A DNA stretch of 64,000 bases from the NCBI GenBank assembly GCA_002633005.1, contig NMRA01000090.1:381475-445474 (forward strand), written 5' to 3'. Positions 60,301 through 64,000 of the stretch are shown piece after piece (within the stretch, counting starts at the first letter, position 1; the number at the start of each line of letters is the position of its first letter). The notes under the pieces were generated by a model. It saw only the letters and a program-made list of their open reading frames with translations. It was not told the DNA's origin and ran no database searches. The position numbers and the translations under genes were made by a program. The stretch comes from Phoronis australis. Taxonomy: Eukaryota > Animalia > Phoronida.

Positions 60301-62925
60301 AATTTGATCAAACCTGAAAGGATGAATATTAGTTTTTAAAATAAACTAGACAATGTTGAAATTATGCGATGAGGTTTCTGCGCAAAAAGTGACAAGTAAT
60401 TATCCATTTCTTTTCACCTAGAACCTGTTTCAATGCTGGCTAAATCTTGACAAAAATCTTAACAGATGCATCTCTATACACTTTGTCAAAATCAACTTAA
60501 TGAACAAGTCCATTCACGAATAAAGAATTAGCTGTCAGGAACAATAATGCCGCATTATACTCTTGTCTAAAGTTTGACTAAGCCGCTGTTCTAGAGGGCC
60601 AAACGTCTGATTAAACTGTCAAAATAATTCCAGCAAGAAGTTTGTTTCAGTTTGATGTAGCCTGTCAGAGTTCTAGTAAGTGAGTTTACTTTGAAAACAA
60701 CTATATACATCCAAGGATATCAGACAAGTAAGTCAACAACGCCAGAAGAGGCCACACTTACTTCCTTCGGTAGTAATCCTCAGAGAATAGAAATAATTCT
60801 TGGTCTTTCCTCTCGTTAAAGCCAAGCGAAGTGTTGATGATCCAGTCAAGACTGTCTCTGGTTGGCTGCTGTTGCAGGTCAAACGACTCTGGAATACACA
60901 AGAAAATGACCTTCACACCTCTTTCAGCTGATTAAGAATGGGTGGTGAAATTTAAATTTCACCCGAGTCTAATTAACATGGACGCAACTTTGTGCACGTT
61001 CAAGTGACTTTGAGAAAGTCGCATTAGTTAAATGTTGTCGTTAGTTTGGTATACTGCTAAATCACAAGCATGCGTACTTCCGACTACCGGATTTCAAAAC
61101 GAGGTTACACATGCGTCTGCTTAATCAAAATGTAAACAATGGTGAAAGTTTGGTCAAAGTCGTTGCAAAATATGCCATAGTTGACGTTTAAGCAGGTGAA
61201 GGGATTTTGCGAGGAGAGTAAGAATGTTCCGCAGAGTGTGTTTAGACAAGGTTGCCAGATCTTTAGTGGACATCACTTGAAAAAATTGAAAGTAGGTTTA
61301 CACGTTGCTCATATACACATATTTCATGAGGACATGGAGATTATTAATACACATTAATTAATTAATATGGTTACTGAAAAGATTGTAGTCAAACATTCAT
61401 AGCAAACCATGACTAAGAATACTGCACCCAGTGTGTCCGTCACTGACTGGATGGCAGTGTTTAGAGCGGAACTGCAGCTTTACTGACCCAGGCCATCAGC
61501 ACAAGCACAGAACAGAATGAGTGCCAACACGAGTGTTTTTCCCGACATAACAAAAGTAATTTTAAGGATTGGGACACACAAATGAATCGAGGTAAATTGG
61601 TGACGCTAACTCATAAACCTTGGCTCAAATCAAAGGCTCAAAATCGCTCGATTGTAAGCAAACAAGTCAGTGAAATGAGAGCCAGGATCCCGTCGTATTT
61701 TGTGTATCCACAGCTTGATTAGTGTCTCGTCAACTGGGAATAAATGAAAAGACAATACTGGTTGCTTCTGCTTATCATTCAGACACTTCGGCGAAAACTT
61801 TGTTTACGTTGCTTAGCACCAAGGACACTAGGCTCAGCCATCTTGGAGAGAGGGATGCATGTGAAGCCTCATTTTTAGAATAATGGCCAAACAGTTGGTC
61901 TCTTGAGTTATCATGATGACATCACTCCCAGACATGAGGTAAACTGTTTGGTAAAACGTGCGAGGTTCCAAGTTTTGTGGAACAAATGTTGGATTTACCA
62001 TAACTTTTTGTTTGGGAGGGATAACCACGGGGAGTCACATATTTACAAAGTCATGATACTATGAGTGAGTGAACAGAACACACCGTTGACAAAATCTTTT
62101 AAGAACGTGGATACTCATGAAGTTAGGGCAAGTGTGGGGGTATGCATTTAAAACCAATAAGTAATTTGACATAACCAACAGGTGATGTTTGAACAATACG
62201 GTATGATTGAATGAAAATAGGCAACTAATTAATAAACAAGTTTGTATGAAGAACAAAGCGTGTTCAACTTACAATGATCCCAGTACCTTCCGCATTTATA
62301 GTGTTGAATATATTCAATTGCACATCACAGTCTCTTATGTAGAAAGATTCAAAAGTTAATTTAATGCGTTTGTTGACAAAGTCCAGGGCTATCGAGCAGT
62401 CCATAGTAGAATAGCGTGGAGAGACCAGTTCATCAGCCCACTGGTATGCTTTGATAACATACGCATCGTCTTCATCCATATTTCCGTCTTTTATAAAAGC
62501 ACCACATGTCTTAAAATCGTCCATATAATCTAAAATGGAAGTAGTAAGGTGACAAGTCATAGACGACCTAAAATCATTAAAACACAGAGAGTCAATGTTG
62601 GTCAATAAAACACTTCAATTTGTGTTAATATAGAGTTTTGTGATGTACAGCAAAATGAATCTTAAATCCAGCAACAAACACGCTGAAAAAAAAAACTTGT
62701 GTCACACTGTGTAAACAAAACAATAACTTGTTCACGTCATCATTTGGTTTCAACTGATGAAACCCACACCTAACCATTTGAATTTTGAAAGTCTCCTCAA
62801 ACTACTTAATATTAGTAACTCTCAAACCCTAGATAACAGAATGTTGTCTACTTACATGTGATTACAGATGCATGAACTCGTGCAACCACCACCACCACCA
62901 ATGTACAGTACAGCAACTTGGCCAT
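54326..62925 (-). CDS. Type I single-pass membrane protein with CUB-like ectodomain and PPPY-containing cytoplasmic tail (374 aa predicted)
   Basis: Phase-compatible exons 62925-62856 (signal peptide MAKLLYCTLVVVVVARVHA), 62529-62273 (C...DCSIAL...RIKLTFESFYIRDCDVQLNIF), 60888-60762 (LTC...FYSLRITT), 59823-59635 (TM GVITGIVLGVVFLFLLILAAAIFLVVC + RRRK), 54807-54326 (GPPPYQS). CUB assignment is by pattern only. Confidence 0.8.
56209..56964. mobile_element. Decayed TTAA-type (Kolobok-like) MITE; second copy ~58020-59352
   Basis: TTAAATGTACGTGGGACCCTCGAA versus TTCAAAAGGTCCTACATAACCTTA imperfect inverted termini. Confidence 0.45.
58096..58657. mobile_element. PIF/Harbinger-like MITE, TGA TSD, absent from the duplicate copy
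   Basis: TGA-GAGCTGTTCCAG...CTGGAACAGCCC-TGA; empty site with single TGA at 56281-56283. Confidence 0.92.
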
Positions 62926-64000
62926 TGAACAACCCAGGCAAAACAACACTTCCTGTCACCTGAAATATTCAATTTCAAATTGTCAACTGTTCCTGAAACA
63001 TCATACTGAAAAATCCTTTCTGATAGAAAACAACTGGTGATTTATACATACCATCATAAAATTGGTCTGAAATTGTTCCTGGGGAGTGATTTCAGGGCTA
63101 CGTAAGAAGAGCAGTGTGTTACTAAAGATCGCATTCAGTAATTTGACTTGACACGCCATTGAAGACTGACCGCCATGACAGTCAACTTGCTCGAGGTAAA
63201 ACGAAAATGGAAGGTTACTTCAACCACTCTGAGAAACGACACCAAAGACTGTTCGAGTTGGAAGGAATACATCAACGTCCTCCTAAGGTTTGCCTTTGTG
63301 AGTAAAAGGTATTTATAACAATGTGACTTTGATGCTTTAGTCAGTGCAAAGCATAAATTCGCCGGAAATCTTCCGGTGTAGGAAGCGTCAGTAGGACGGT
63401 GGTCACTGTCTAGCTGCCTCCAAACTAACAATGCCCAAGGTGTCCCTCTATGTGCAAAAGGTACTTACAACGTGAGTTTGATGTTTTAATCAGTTTCAGG
63501 CACAATTCGCTGAAAAGCTTCTGGTGTATAGGAGCTTCAACATTTCTGTTGGGACCAGTTAGAGACAGTGGTCACGGTCTAGTGTAAGTGTAGTAGTTGT
63601 TATATAGATCGCTGACCCTGCGCCGTCATTTGGCACATGGATGGACTTATAGACCGGCAGCCCAGAGCACTTAGCATAGATGAACGAGGTACCAACATCT
63701 GACCACGGGAGCATTTAAAGTCCACCTCAGTATGTACAGAAATGGACGTCTGCCGTTGTCTGCACTCTGGGTGTGACCCCAGGGGGCCTTACAAACAGCC
63801 CAAAAAATAAGCTAGACTAGGTATTCGAGGTACTAACCAAAACTGATTTAAAACGAAGAATAGTACCGCACTGAACACCAAATGACCCATGACAGACAAA
63901 TTGCACTCTGGAATGGGTCCGGCAGAAACCAAAAAAGGACCCCCCAAAAATGAGCTAGCACATACATTCGAGGTACCACACAAAACCAATTCCATGTGAT

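Overview
Repeat-rich, intron-containing animal (invertebrate-looking, lineage not determinable from sequence alone) genomic scaffold with eight single-N contig joins (12898, 14652, 16430, 20704, 21318, 36973, 48820, 57231). Spliced genes reconstructed by hand from GT-AG signals and reading-frame phase: the 3' six exons of xylulose kinase (XYLB, +, 614-7412), a three-exon fragment of a PARP catalytic domain (+, 16431-18978), a PAR/C/EBP-related bZIP factor (-, 22586-24431) with an overlapping uORF, a complete activin type II receptor (+, 25758-37724, 522 aa) and a type I membrane protein with a CUB-like ectodomain and PPPY tail (-, 54326-62925, 374 aa). The rest is mostly non-autonomous mobile DNA: a THAP-bearing P-like element, Helentron/HINE-like arrays, Harbinger-like, hAT-like (6-bp TSD), Kolobok-like and piggyBac-like MITEs, a 5-kb TIR element, an L1/Tx1 3' end, a tRNA-derived SINE and LTR remnants. 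The most unusual feature is a locally amplified, intronless 323-aa ORF cassette that I cannot assign to a family (three copies plus one deletion derivative, 12169-21485). It sits behind a chimeric Helentron/Harbinger junction and is interleaved with the PARP fragment. All identifications are by eye; no searches were run.
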